A model generated the notes under the pieces. That model saw only the letters and a list, made by a program, of their open reading frames with translations. It did no database searches and was not told where the DNA came from. From Paramecium tetraurelia (lineage: Eukaryota): a stretch of DNA of 64,000 nt. The stretch spans positions 147,173 to 211,172 of the forward strand of contig CT867995.1 of assembly GCA_000165425.1 (NCBI GenBank), given 5' to 3'. The position numbers and the translations under genes were made by a program. Positions 13,902 through 26,317 of the stretch are shown here, one piece after another. Position 1 is the stretch's first letter. Every line of letters starts with the position of its first letter.

Positions 13902-14665
13902 ATGAGACCAGGGGAAATTTTTGAAAAGTACATCAGTCAAGCCCCAGATTTTGTGCCACAGAAGAATTAATCGTACACTCTATAGGAGGATCTCAAAATC
14001 ATGCTGGCCCTCAAAGACATCAGCATAGTTCAGTCTAAGAATTTTAGGGACATTGAGGAAAGCCAAGTAGTCAAAAGAACTTACAATTCAATCAAGAATA
14101 GGTTGTTTAAATCACTTATCATAGATATATGGATTATCTCCAATATCTAACCCAAGAGAATATGGATCAAATTGCTTAACATTTAAATGAACATGGATTG
14201 GTGGGATATTTGTTATTTAGCAATACGCAACCCAGAGAATTGTTGAAGGTGGTCAATTTGGATCCCAAAATCATGGACAAGGAAAAAAAGAAGTTGGAGG
14301 AAGAACTCGATATCAATAAGTAGCAAAAGGTGAAAGTTGAACACAAAAAACAATTGGATCCTACCTTCCCCAGGAACGATTTCGATAAATTCTCCATCGA
14401 GGACATGGATCAAGTTCTGAACCTGTTGTCTAATTACAAGGGAGTTCCCAAAGCCTATTTGGTGGAAAGACTGCATTAGTTGAGTGGGAATCTGGAAGAC
14501 CTGGATGGGTTTTTGAAGACCAATGATGACACCTATTGCTTTTTGGAGGAGGAGGATCACCTATTGAGGGAGGATCAGAACAAGGAGAGTCCAGCAATCA
14601 GGGTTTTGATTAGGAAGAAGGGCATTTCAAGAGTTTAGAGGAGATTAAAATACTTGGGGAATTGA
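13902..14665 (+). CDS. Candidate RAP1/TERF2IP-like protein (Myb-like domain + Rap1 C-terminal domain)
   Basis: YTLQEDLKIMLAL...RTYNSIKNRYMDYL and LHQLSGNLEDLDGFL...FLEEEDHLL...LIRKKGISRVQRRLKYL; 23-nt intron 14102-14124. Confidence 0.65.
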
Positions 14666-14803
14666 TTATTAAAATTATAAAGATAAAATATTATCATTTA
14701 AATTTTAAATTTATTAATAAGGTGGCATTTTATTTAATGCATATTTTTTCTATTAATTATCAACAATAATTGATAACCAATTATAATTTATATAAATTAA
14801 AAT

Positions 14804-16234
14804 ATGCAATAAAAGCGAAATCAGGAATAATTGAGAAATGCCTTATAATAACAACTGTTCCCAAAGATGCAGAAGAAAATCGAATACTCGAAAGTGAAAC
14901 CAAAAAGGTATTCGTCTATTTCTAAATAAACAAGGGCAATTAGAATTGAGGATGCCAACAATAGACTTCCTTAGACATTTCCTCAAATCGAACCAATGGA
15001 GATTGACTTCCAAGCAAAATATAGGTTGGGAGAGAGGATAGGTTAGGGAGCACACGGAGTGGTGAAATAGGCGATTAAGGAAGATACGGGGGAGATTGTG
15101 GCAGTCAAGATTTCTAGTAGTGGAGATCCTGAGTTGGTGAAGACTTTTACTGAAGCCTACAAAAATGCAAGAATGCTCAACCATCAATACATTATTAAAG
15201 TTTATGAATGCTACATCGACGAACAAACAGAAGCACTATTTTTAGTGATGGAGTACTCAAATCTACGCTCATTGGAAGAAGTAATGCGTCATACCAAATT
15301 AACGTATTTGTATAAACGTCAATTAGCGAAGAATAGATCAAGATTCTCATCAGACACATACTTCTAGCATTGTAACATATCCACGAAAGAGGAGTTGCTC
15401 ATAGAGATCTCAAACCAGATAACATTTTGATCGATCAAAATTCATTAGATATTAAAATTATCGATTTTGGAGTTAGTAGAAGATTTAAGAAATATAATGG
15501 CAGAGAATTCATAGATGTAGACATGTGGACCAGAACTGGAAATGTATATTATACAGCTCCTGAAATTCTCATAGGGGGCGGCTACAATGAGAAAGTTGAT
15601 CTATGGTCCTTGGGAGTATGTTTATTTCGTATCCTCTCTGGCAATCTTCCCTTCTTTAAGGATAGTGTCTTGGGCACAACTAAGATGATTTTAAAAGGGA
15701 AATTTGAGTTGAATCATAGCATTTCACACTTGGCACGAGATTTCATAAGGAGACTTTTAAACCCTAATCCCCTATAGAGATTATCTGCCTAATGTATATT
15801 TAGAGATTCACATCTTAGTGGCCTTGCAGCATCCTTGGTTGTATTGTCAAGTATCTGATCGATTATCTCTCGAGAGTTCTTAACATCCTAAATCTAGTTA
15901 CAGAACTAATGATGATATTAAGGACTTTAATTAATTTGAAAAGAAGAATTCATATTACAGTAGAAATTTGCATATGAGAAGTAATACAATGTCTAAGAGT
16001 CCTATTGTGTAACATGATCGCCAAATTTCACCTAAATCTCCTCTTGAAATCTTGCAAAATGATATTGATGGAGAGATTCAATAATCCCCCTTGATTAAAT
16101 TGAAAAAAATTTAACATTAAATGAGCAAAGAAATCAATATTATAAGGAGAAATAAGCAAAATGAGTAGGGGTTTTTTAGATTCAGAATGCCTAACCAATT
16201 TGGAAATCGAAATCTTCTACAAGATTATTAATGA
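14804..16234 (+). CDS. Ser/Thr protein kinase (CAMK-like)
   Basis: GQGAHGVV, VAVK, HRDLKPDN, DFG, YTAPE, DLWSLG. Confidence 0.93.
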
Positions 16235-16263
16235 TTTTGTAACTCTTCAAAATTAATATATAT

Positions 16264-18938
16264 ATGAAAATATATTCTGCCAACTTTATAAAATATTTAT
16301 CCAAACCAAATTTCTAACATATTTATACATTGAATTGATGATAATTCCAGAAAAACATGAGAAAGCTCTAATCTAAGAAATTTTGACACTTTTACCATAA
16401 AGTATTGGTGTTACTTAAATTAAGCAGCACAAAATAAATAATGTTAAAAATTAGTACATTTAATTTATCATTTGTAGATTCTAAGTTTCATATCTCTACC
16501 AAAGTTCCCAAAGAATACCAATCAGTCAAGCCTTTTTATTTGAAGAAGTCTCCAACAAATTAAAAAAGTTTCCCTTAGATAAATATGTCTCCAATTATTT
16601 GATAGAATCCCTACATCCATACTATGACAAAGATGAAAGCTTCATAGGTTTTCCTAATCTAACACTTTATGAAGATGGAGAATTTAAGTCAAACCAAAAG
16701 CTAGAAGTGACTAATGATATTCTTAATGTCATGATTTTTTGGGTATTAGTTTGATAAAATAGTAGTCTATAAATAATTGGGAAAGCGTGCAATTGATGAA
16801 AGATTTGAACACTTAAATCATGAACGAATTGAGGGAAGCTAGAATACTGTCAATCAATATAGACTCCGATTAAGAAGCTTGGTCGCAATATATTTTAGAA
16901 TTAGAAAACTATAATAGTTATCATTTCAACCCTACTCACATTGCTTTTAATTTACAAATGAAGGCATTGCGATTTACCAGATTTCCCCATGTGGTTGTTC
17001 TGGATAAGGAATAAAAAGTTATTGTATTGGAGAACACTAGTCTTCAACAAATTAAAGACACTTTATAAAAATACGCCAAGTCTACAAATAACCTTTAGAC
17101 TATTGATCAATAATTACAAAAACTAGAATTATAAAATTCAATTACTTTATAGTATTCCAAGGAAGATTATAAAGCTATAAAAGAGAAAATACAAACTTAA
17201 GTTATGGATATGGTAAATGCTTTTTTTGCAGAGTAAGATATTGTAGAACTTAGAGTAATACAGAAAAAAAATTACTTTAAAGATGGCTCAAAGGTTGTGA
17301 TAGATAGAAGCAAAATATTAATTTGTATTGAACAAAACATAAAAAATGATTCAAAAGAACTGCATGAGGAATTTTAGAATTATCTAACACAGGTGCTTGG
17401 AGAATAAAATTATTTAGTTGTTAGATAATCATTTCGGAAATATGAAACAGAAGAGCAAATTGTAATCAGGGAGATATTAAATGATTTTGTCTCATAATTT
17501 GAAGTGCAAATTGTTCCATATTAGTCTGAAAAACATAAAATTGCTTGGTATCATATTAAAGAAACATTTATTTGTTAATCAAATTATGAACAAAAAGTGA
17601 AGTTTAATAAGGAGTTATCAATAAAAGAGTACAAGGAAATAATAGATGGTATAGCCCCACTTTTAGATGCATAGGAGGAAGAAAATTCAAAATAATATTT
17701 AAATACTTTGATTGAATAATTAAAATCCAAACGATCTATGGGGGATAAGTTTTACCCTATTGATGGTTTCTATAATAAAGATGGCAAAGAAATTTTAATC
17801 GAACATTAGCCTTAATAAATGCTTGTTTTAATTTGGTTAGTTCCTTGTGTGTTCATCATCATGAAATTGGAGAATTTTTATAAGAAATTGAAAGATCAAT
17901 ATGGAGATAAACTAAGATTTGTATATTTAGGAATAGAATATAATCAGGAGGATATTGATTTGATTTATAAGTTTAAACCAACAAGTGAATTTTACTATTC
18001 AAAAGAAACACCTATTTTGGCAAGGGAAAAATATGAAGTCAAATACTTTCCTGTTCAAATGATTATAGATCAAAATGGAATAATCAGATAGAATGGTTTA
18101 TTTCACAAATTGGAGAATAAAATTGCATTTGAATTTGCCACGCATCCGTACAAAAAATAATAAATTAATCAATAAATATATTTTGATTAATTGGAAGAAT
18201 TCCTTTTTAATCAAAAAATAATAACAAAAGAAATGGGAACTGAGTAATTATAGATTTATAAATTTTAGCAAATAATTTATTTATGAATTAGATGTACACA
18301 CTAATGAGTGCCAAGAACTTATAGCAAATTGTGAGTATACAATCAGATAAAAATCCTTGTTTACTTTAGGATAATTTCATTAATCCCTTTAATTTCACAT
18401 TCCAGTTGATAAATTATCAATTGAACAGCGTTTAATTTTGTCTATCGATATTCGATATCCTGCTATTATATGCGATTATTGTGGAGTTAGATTGAGCAGA
18501 AATGATCCATAATATTTTAATTTCTTCAAAAATCAATTTTACTGTTGTCGATGTGCTGAAAGAAAAGATAGACTGAATAAAAATTATGAAATAAAAGATA
18601 ATCTTGCCTTCATCAATACCCCAATCACTGATGTGAATGAATTAAAAGATATAGACATTTTTAGATTTGGAAAGAACATTCAACCAGTAGATGATCATAA
18701 AACTGTTTAATAATATAATTGTAATGGTTGCAAGAAATCGACCAATCTTGGCCAAGATAGATACATAGTTCTAAATGATCAACGAGGTGTTTACGCTCCT
18801 GGCGGATATAGTGATTTTTGTACGAATTGTTTTGCCAAGATAAAAAGCAAAGCTCCAGAGTGGAAAAAATTCACTGACGTTAATGATAATTCAGTCTTCC
18901 TTAGAATTACCTGCTTCTTTGGATATAATAATTTTTGA
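16264..18938 (+). CDS. Multidomain protein with thioredoxin-like folds and C-terminal Cys-rich (ZZ/C1-like) motifs
   Basis: FPHVVVLDKE and YEVKYFPVQMIIDQNGII resemble redoxin cis-Pro regions; C-terminal CDYC..CCRC and CNGC..CTNC. Confidence 0.5.
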
Positions 18939-19202
18939 TAATTGTAATGTGTAAGGAGAATTTAAATTAAATAATTATATATAATATTATAGAGCCTTCA
19001 ATCAGTGAAATAGAATAAATTATTGTACACGAATTAAAAAATACTCCTTATAAATAAATGTTTCTCCCTCTCTTGATGCAAAAGTATCTTCATATTTTTT
19101 AATTGGTAATTGACTCATCTTGTTATATATTCTACAAACACTTATAGAATATATTAATTTTTAAGGCTTTATGCATTCATAACAAAATATTTATTAAATA
19201 AA

Positions 19203-19897
19203 ATGGGCAACGAATAACCTAAACCCCAAGAACCTAAACCTACAATTGATGATGCAATTTTGGATATGAGGATGGCTTCTAAACGATTCGCCAACGAGTC
19301 AAAGAAATGCGAGAAGGAAAAGGAGAAATTAATGAACCAGGCAAAAGTAGCTTTGAAGAAAAACAACGAGGAAGGTATGAATTGAGTCAAATACCCCTAG
19401 GTGCTAAGCTGTTCTTGACTTCAGCCATGAATAAACAAAAGGAAGCTGAGAATTTGCAGAAGATGGCTCACAAAATGGATTATATGCAAGGTGTCATTAA
19501 ATCAAATACTAACAGTACAAAATTGGTGGATGCTCTTGCGAAGATCAGTCCAATCATGAACTAACAAGTATGAACAGTAGTAATAGTAGATTTAAAATAT
19601 GCCATTGGAGATGGTTTATCAAAACATAAATTAATTTGAAAAGGCTATGGACGAAATATAGGTGCAAGGAAATATCATGACAGGAATGATGAATCAAAAT
19701 AACAGTATTGGATAGGATTTGGCTATTGATTAAATGATGGGTCAATTGAAACAAGAAATACACAGTGAGGTATGCTCAAATATTAAATTTAGGTGTCTAA
19801 TGATTTAAATGCAAATCCTAATGTTCTTTTTAAGGAGTTGAACCAATAGAATCCACAATAAAATGTACAAGCGATTAGTAATAACTAAATTAAATGA
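19203..19897 (+). CDS. ESCRT-III Snf7 family protein, CHMP1/Did2-like
   Basis: MRMASKRFANESKKCEKE...AKVALKKNNEEGAKLFLTSAMNKQKEAENLQKMAHKMD. Confidence 0.8.
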
Positions 19898-19938
19898 TTT
19901 TATGAAGATTTCTATATTGAATATATTGGACTTCATAA

Positions 19939-21108
19939 TCAAAAGACCTCTTCTCTGATTTGGAGGAATTCTGATGCAGCGCTCAACTTTTGAGTGAGAA
20001 CTTCTTATAATCTTTCAACAACTTCCAATTATTGTTCTCTTTCGAAGGTTTAGGCTTCATATTGGGATTCTTATTCAGCAGCCCATCTCTCTTAAATAGC
20101 CAATGAGTCTTCAGCATCTTCAAGGAATAACTATTGACATTAATTTTAAATTTACAGTTTAATCTTCTAAGTCCTCAACAGCCTCTTGGATGGTCACTTT
20201 GAATTGAACAATTGAGTTTTCTAAGAAGGCCTTTCTTTCGACTAATCTCTTGTGTTCTTCTTACAAATGGGAACTTTGAACTTCCCAATTGGCAGCTTGT
20301 CTTTCTTCTGTGGCAAGTAAGGATGCTCTGCTGGCAACCAATTGTTATCTGATTTGAGCCAAGAGTTCTAAGATCTTGATGATGCTCTTGTTATCGACCT
20401 TTGAGGCTAATTAAGTCAAAGGCGTTGATGAGTGGCTAGAATTTGAGATAAAAGAGAGTACCTTGAAGAGTGCGTGTTTGGATTCCATCAATTTGGCTTA
20501 GACCTTTTCGAATCTACTTTTGAGTTGAGCAAAGGCGACACCAGCTTATAAATGTTAAACGATCTTGGAGGCTTCATCAATGGCATCCATTTAATCAACG
20601 TGTTCTGCATCCTTTCTAACCCAGGTATCGTGTTATGATTGTCTTGTAGCAGATTCATCAGCAAAACTTTTCTCGTTATTGGCAATGTCTGAGGTCACAA
20701 CTCTGACTTCAGCTTCAGCTTCACCCAAGGCTTCGGTTGTTGAATCTCTCAAATTTGAAAGAGCAACGATTTGGGTTTAGTGATAAGCAATTTCTTGTTC
20801 TAAGTCAGCAATAATCTAAACAAGATTAATTGAATTATACTAACCTTTTCGAAAGCAACTGTATCACTTTCATGAACTTTGTCAGCTTTCTTTTAATCTC
20901 CATTGAGTTGGGAAGCAATATTGTTTAAGAGAATTTGAATTTCACCTACAGGTCCACCTGTTGCCAATTAGAGTTAAAGGACTGACAACACTGAATTTCC
21001 AAATGAATCCTTGTTAATTTAAGCCAACACTTCCTTAGGGCTCTCTGTCTTTGTCACTCTAGCAGTTGCGACTGCCAAGATAAGAGTCAATACAGGGACG
21101 ATTCTCAT
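19939..21108 (-). CDS. Trichocyst matrix protein T4 precursor (apparent +1 frameshift near 20419)
   Basis: Signal peptide followed by GGPVGEIQILLNNIASQLNGDQKKADKVHESDTVAFEK, which I recognise as the Paramecium T4 family; higher GC and biased codons; tiny introns. Confidence 0.88.
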
Positions 21109-21855
21109 GTTATTAATAATAATGAAATGAAATCACAATCACTCTCCAAGACATTAAAAAATACCCGTTTTTAAATTTATTTCCACATCCTCATTAATAC
21201 GTTTTTGTTTTAATTAAATACACATTCCTTATATTATCTCTAATCAAATTCACCTCTTGAAGATAATCTCAACAATTCCCATCACTATTCCCTTGCTATC
21301 AACTATTCTGAATCATTACTTATACTCAAAAAAAGAACCATCTATTTAATCATCCCCCAAATTTCCATCCTCCAAACCCAAACTCTTTCATCAACTCCTC
21401 TTTAGCAATGTGTTTTTCCATCTCACTCTAAGTAACATAACTTGATTTCTGAAATTGTTAAAAATCGATAATTTTGTTACAAATGACTTTGATACTTAAA
21501 TGGCTAATTGGTTCAGTGTTGAAATCAATAAATCTTTGTGTATCTTATACGTTACAATAAATAAAAAGATTTATCAAGATATGGAGACTTCAATATCAAT
21601 TATACAATTGATTAACATCTTCATAAATATAAGATTAATCAATTTATTAAACTTATGATGATAGACTCACAGTTCTTAATAATTTTATCAGAATTCCAGA
21701 CATTTTATACATATTTTCTATATTATATAACATCAAGCTGTCTATTAAATTTAAGTCTAATTTTCTATCAATCCACAAAAGCATTCATAAATTAATCAAA
21801 ATTCAAAGTAATTGTTAAGTGATTGGTATTTTATTATTTATTATTTATAATTTAA

Positions 21856-22979
21856 ATGTTGCAATTTGATATTCAAGTTATAAATGGAAAAATGCTATAA
21901 TAATATCAAGATAATCAAGGAATATGGTATAGCTCAGAAAATCACAGGTCGTAGTTAAGAGATACTTATTTCTAACAAAACAACGACTAAAATATACCCA
22001 AATATAGAAGGGCTAACTCTGACTATTATTAATTCGCAAAATTCCATTAAACTAAAAATAATGACATTACCCATTATCAATTGAGAAAATGTTTAGTCTA
22101 CAATCAATATTCTAATTAGCTTATACATTCTGAATACAATAAATTAAGTTTTTATAATCCATGTAGCTACAAATAATATATTTAAACAATTCCAGAGCAT
22201 TTTAATAGCGTAAGCATTAGTCAATGCGAGGATCAAATTTTATTGTATGTATCTATATATAAACAAAAGAGCAGGCTTAAACTCAAATATACTTTTTTTT
22301 TCATTGAAAAATGGCTAAACATCAGAGTACAAACTGGGGCAGAATAATGAATGTATCATTAATTAAGCTGATTTTATAAATAATCAAGAGATCTTAGTTA
22401 GTGATAATGATAATCAAATTCGAATTTTCGATGCTGAAAATTTGAATAAGGAAAAATACTTAAGAAATTGTAATTAATCTAAATAACAAAGGTTCTCATT
22501 GTGTAAACCATTGCGCAATTTCAAACCACGTTATTATTGCTTGTTTAGACTAACCCTTGATACTTGGTTTTGATAGAAGAGACTCGAGACCTTTCCTTAC
22601 TTTAAAAGGCCATGTTTGTAATAATTTTGTTGCTCAATTCGATCCGATGGACTCAATGAAAGTGGCTACTTCTGGTGAGGATAAGAAATGTTTAATATGG
22701 GATTTGAGAAAGCATCAAGTACCTTTCGATTAGGTAGAAGCAATCTCAAAACCCTTCTATAACATTTTATATAATAATCAGGGTCAATTGATATGCATCG
22801 AAAGCGATGACTTTGTCTAGATTTTTAACTTGGAGAATTCAAAGCTATATTAAGTCATTGATTTCTTTGGGAAATGTGGTGGATGCGCCATCTACAAAGA
22901 TAAAATGTACTTCAATTTGTAGTCTCATCGGAAAACGGGCTTATTTGAGTATAATTTAATTAATAATATTAAATTTTGA
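21856..22979 (+). CDS. WD40-repeat protein
   Basis: ITHYQLRKCL, NDNQIRIFD, LKGH...VATSGEDKKCLIWDLR. Confidence 0.8.
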
Positions 22980-22990
22980 CAAATTTTACA

Positions 22991-23380
22991 ATGTATTAAA
23001 ACGATGAGGACAGGCTTCCAGAATTGCAAAGGGAGATTTAAGAATGTTTGGATGCACTTGAACATATCGGCAAGACTCCCTATCCATACCCACATTCTAT
23101 CCTATAACTTTATCAGGATCTCAATAAATCACTAAAAAAGTTATTCATAAAATCAGCAAAATTGAAAGAGCAAAGCATAGTTCCAAATAGTTAAGCGACA
23201 TTAAAATATTGTGATGGTTCATTGGAACTCTAATCAATCATTTACAACAATGAAGTGCAATAAGTTTGCAAACTTAGTCACAAGGATATTGAGAAGAAAC
23301 AATTAAATTTGAAATCTATGTACTCTTTTGCTAAAGAACACCCCTATTTGGATGATAAAAAGAAAAAAAGAAGAAGATGA
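22991..23380 (+). CDS. Small helical protein with a basic C-terminal tail (NLS-like)
   Basis: Intact ATG-TGA ORF of about 129 aa under table 6, ending KKKKRRR. Confidence 0.65.
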
Positions 23381-23426
23381 TCGTGAAATTCATATAGCAG
23401 TTTATAAATTATTAATATAATTTCAA

Positions 23427-25428
23427 ATGCAAATTATTTAGGTTGTAAAATAGAAACCTTCCAATAATCAAAAAAATAATCCTTAACTATTAGAACATAA
23501 GATAAATAGGTTTCGATAATTCTTTTATCTACATTAAAACTCTATGCTTGTCTTACAATTGCATCTAACATTTGGATGGAATAGAATAATTTGTGTAATT
23601 AAGTACACTCTCACTGCATCACAATCTCATTTAAAGTGTTAATGAACTTAATAAATTAAACAACCTCATCTACTTAAATTACTCTATGTTCAGCACAATC
23701 CATTTACTATTAATCAGACTTATTCAACTGTTATATTGTAAAAGTTTGCTATTTGGAACAACTTGATAATTAGAGATTAAATTAATAGCACTACTAGTAA
23801 TACTTTCATTGGATCAGATGTATTGGTTAATTATACTTAATCCATATTTGAACGAAAATTGTATATCAGAATAATTTGTAAATAATTGTCTATAGAATTA
23901 AAAAAGTATGATGTCTGTAATTTCAAGCTTAATTCTATCATTTATACACATCTGATTAATTTTCAATATTCAAATTAATAAACTTACTAATCTTTTTAAA
24001 ACCTTGGGGAGTAAATATTCTAAAAAGATCTTTTAAATGATAACCTAAAAAACAATGATCATTAAATTGTTTGATTAATTAAGCACTTTAAGGTTAAGAG
24101 ATAAATCTATTTGAATTTTAATCAAATAACTAATACAGATAACAATGTTTATATTAAAATTTTATGAAATTGAATGATTTATTTTAAACAAGAATAATTT
24201 AGTTTTCCTTATTTCCCTTTATGTATGGATTATGTTACATCGATTATAGAATTAATTAAATCACAATACAAAAGAGAAAATAAATATGTAAATACAAAAT
24301 ATCAATAGACTTCGCAATAAAACTTATCGTTAATAAAGTGTGGGTTATTAAGAAAATATTCAATAATCAATCAATAAAACTAAATCAAGTCAATCTATTT
24401 CGAGGATGAAGTATAATGCTAATAAATCGGTATTGACTTCTTAAAGCTAACTAAGTTAAAGTGTTAATTTTAATTCGGTTTCAATGTTTGTAAGAGTGTT
24501 AAATAATTCCACCAAGAAGCACATTTTGCTTCAAAAATAATAACTATTTGACTAAATTAGAAAACAAATACATTATAAAATCTTATTGAAGCAATTGTAA
24601 TTAGAAAATAAACAATATCTCTTTAATTAAGATTCCAAAAATTGAAATAATTCCTAGTAATAAATAAGATTATGTAAATTGCTTCATAAAATCATTATGA
24701 AATAAAGGATGAAATATTTAACAAAATAATGTTGCTTAAAAAAAAATATGAACCAAAATAACTCGAGAAAGCCTCCAACATTTTTAAATGCAAAGGTATT
24801 GATTATTCTTTTCGTAGTTATTAATAAATTAATAATAAAGGGTGATGTAAAATTAGCATTAGCAAAATTAATTACAAAATAAAGAAAAGAACCTTTAAGA
24901 GAGTATTTGTAAAAATGGAAGATATTTACAATTAGTGAACCATTTTATGATTAAAATTTTTCAATAAACAATTATGAAATAAAATTACTTGCTTCAATTT
25001 CGACAAAAGATTAAGTTATCAGGAAGTGTCCCAATAAATCAATTTTAGTTTTAGAAAGCAACTCAACTCTCTTAAGCAAGGGGGAAATAAAAGATAAATA
25101 AAGAACAGATACATCAATCAATTAACATTTGGCAAGCAATGCTAACAACATATATTTTGATTATCTGGTTATAAATAAATTAAAGAGAAAAAGAAAAAAA
25201 AAGTCTTCGAAAAATTCTAAATCTTAAAATGGAAATAAAGTAAAGTAAGACAAGAAAAAGTTAGGTAAAGTTAATATATTCTTAATTTACTTTATTGACA
25301 AATAAATGTGTTGAGTCATATCTGTAGAGATTATTTAGACAAAAACGGAAATCTTATCGATAAGAAGGATAAATGATGATATGTTAAATTTTAGAATAAA
25401 ATAAAATCTTAATAGAAAGTTAATTTGA
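23427..25428 (+). pseudogene. LRR (SDS22-like) plus low-complexity gene, apparently disrupted
   Basis: LCLSYNCIQHLDGIEQFVQLSTLSLHHNLI; the continuations LYVQHNPF and LEQLDN lie in shifted frames; the 3' extent is uncertain. Confidence 0.4.
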
Positions 25429-25691
25429 TTCTATTTTTCATAATTTAGCCACTGCATCCTATATTTAAGGGTATAATTATATATTATATTTTTTCAACTT
25501 TTCTTTGAAGTATTAATATCAATCTAATTTTTGATGGCATGTATAAATTCAGAATTACAAAAAGATTAAAATTTGATATTATATAATTCAATTATTTTGG
25601 ATACTTTTAAAAAATATTGAGTTATTTTCAATTCTTGTAGATGAATGTTAAATAGTTATACTCTAGTTAATTAACAATAAAATTATTAAAG

Positions 25692-26072
25692 ATGAAATAA
25701 AGAAAAGTGCAGACACCTTAAGAGATTATTGCTTTTCTTAGATCCTTTAAGAATTATATAAAACAACCGCATTCAATGAGTCCTCAGAGTCGATGCTAAA
25801 CGAATGTTTAGACAGCCAAGAAGATGATGAATGATGATCATCTACTGAAATCTCCGACTGAACGAAAGCAGAATAATGAGTTTCTTTGTGAGGGGATTGA
25901 GAAGAAGATTGAGAGTTTGGCTACTTAGATCAAAGATTTACAGACAAAGTAGGAACAATTAGAAAGTTAGCATTATTAATTGAGCAAGAGTGTCAAGAAA
26001 TTAAATTTAGATAAAAAGCACTAATTACAAGTAAGAGGGAGCAAACTTAATTTTAGGAGCGAAGTTAGATGA
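25692..26072 (+). CDS. Small coiled-coil hypothetical protein
   Basis: Intact ATG-TGA ORF with heptad-like IEKKIESLATQIKDLQTKQEQLE. Confidence 0.65.
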
Positions 26073-26317
26073 TCAAGAAATTAGATCAAATGATTGATAT
26101 CTAACTAAAATAGGAAGAAAACTTAAATTAATTTAAGTAATTATTTGCTTCTCGAAAATTAATTAATTGACTTTGGTTTTTCATTTTTATATCACATAAA
26201 TTGTCATTGTATTTCAAACTCAATTGTTGAAATAAGTATATGTATATTTTAATAAATGATTATATATTGAAGAATTTGATAATTTCATCATTTATTATTC
26301 TCAACAAACAAATTACA

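Noticed and set aside
14176..15226. Standard-code minus-strand ORFs at 14176-14560 and 14843-15226
   Set aside because: Antisense shadows of the RAP1-like and kinase genes; no motifs of their own.
19203..19230. MGN start of the CHMP1-like protein as a myristoylation signal (CHMP6-like)
   Set aside because: No Ser/Thr at position 6, and the body matches CHMP1/Did2 better.
21340..21400. C/A-rich tract with caaacccaaa resembling a Paramecium telomeric repeat
   Set aside because: Only about one and a half units; reads as plausible minus-strand codons (GFGGWKFGG), not a repeat array.
21200..21800. Possible small minus-strand gene between TMP T4 and the WD40 gene
   Set aside because: Could not assemble a consistent ATG-to-TGA exon structure.
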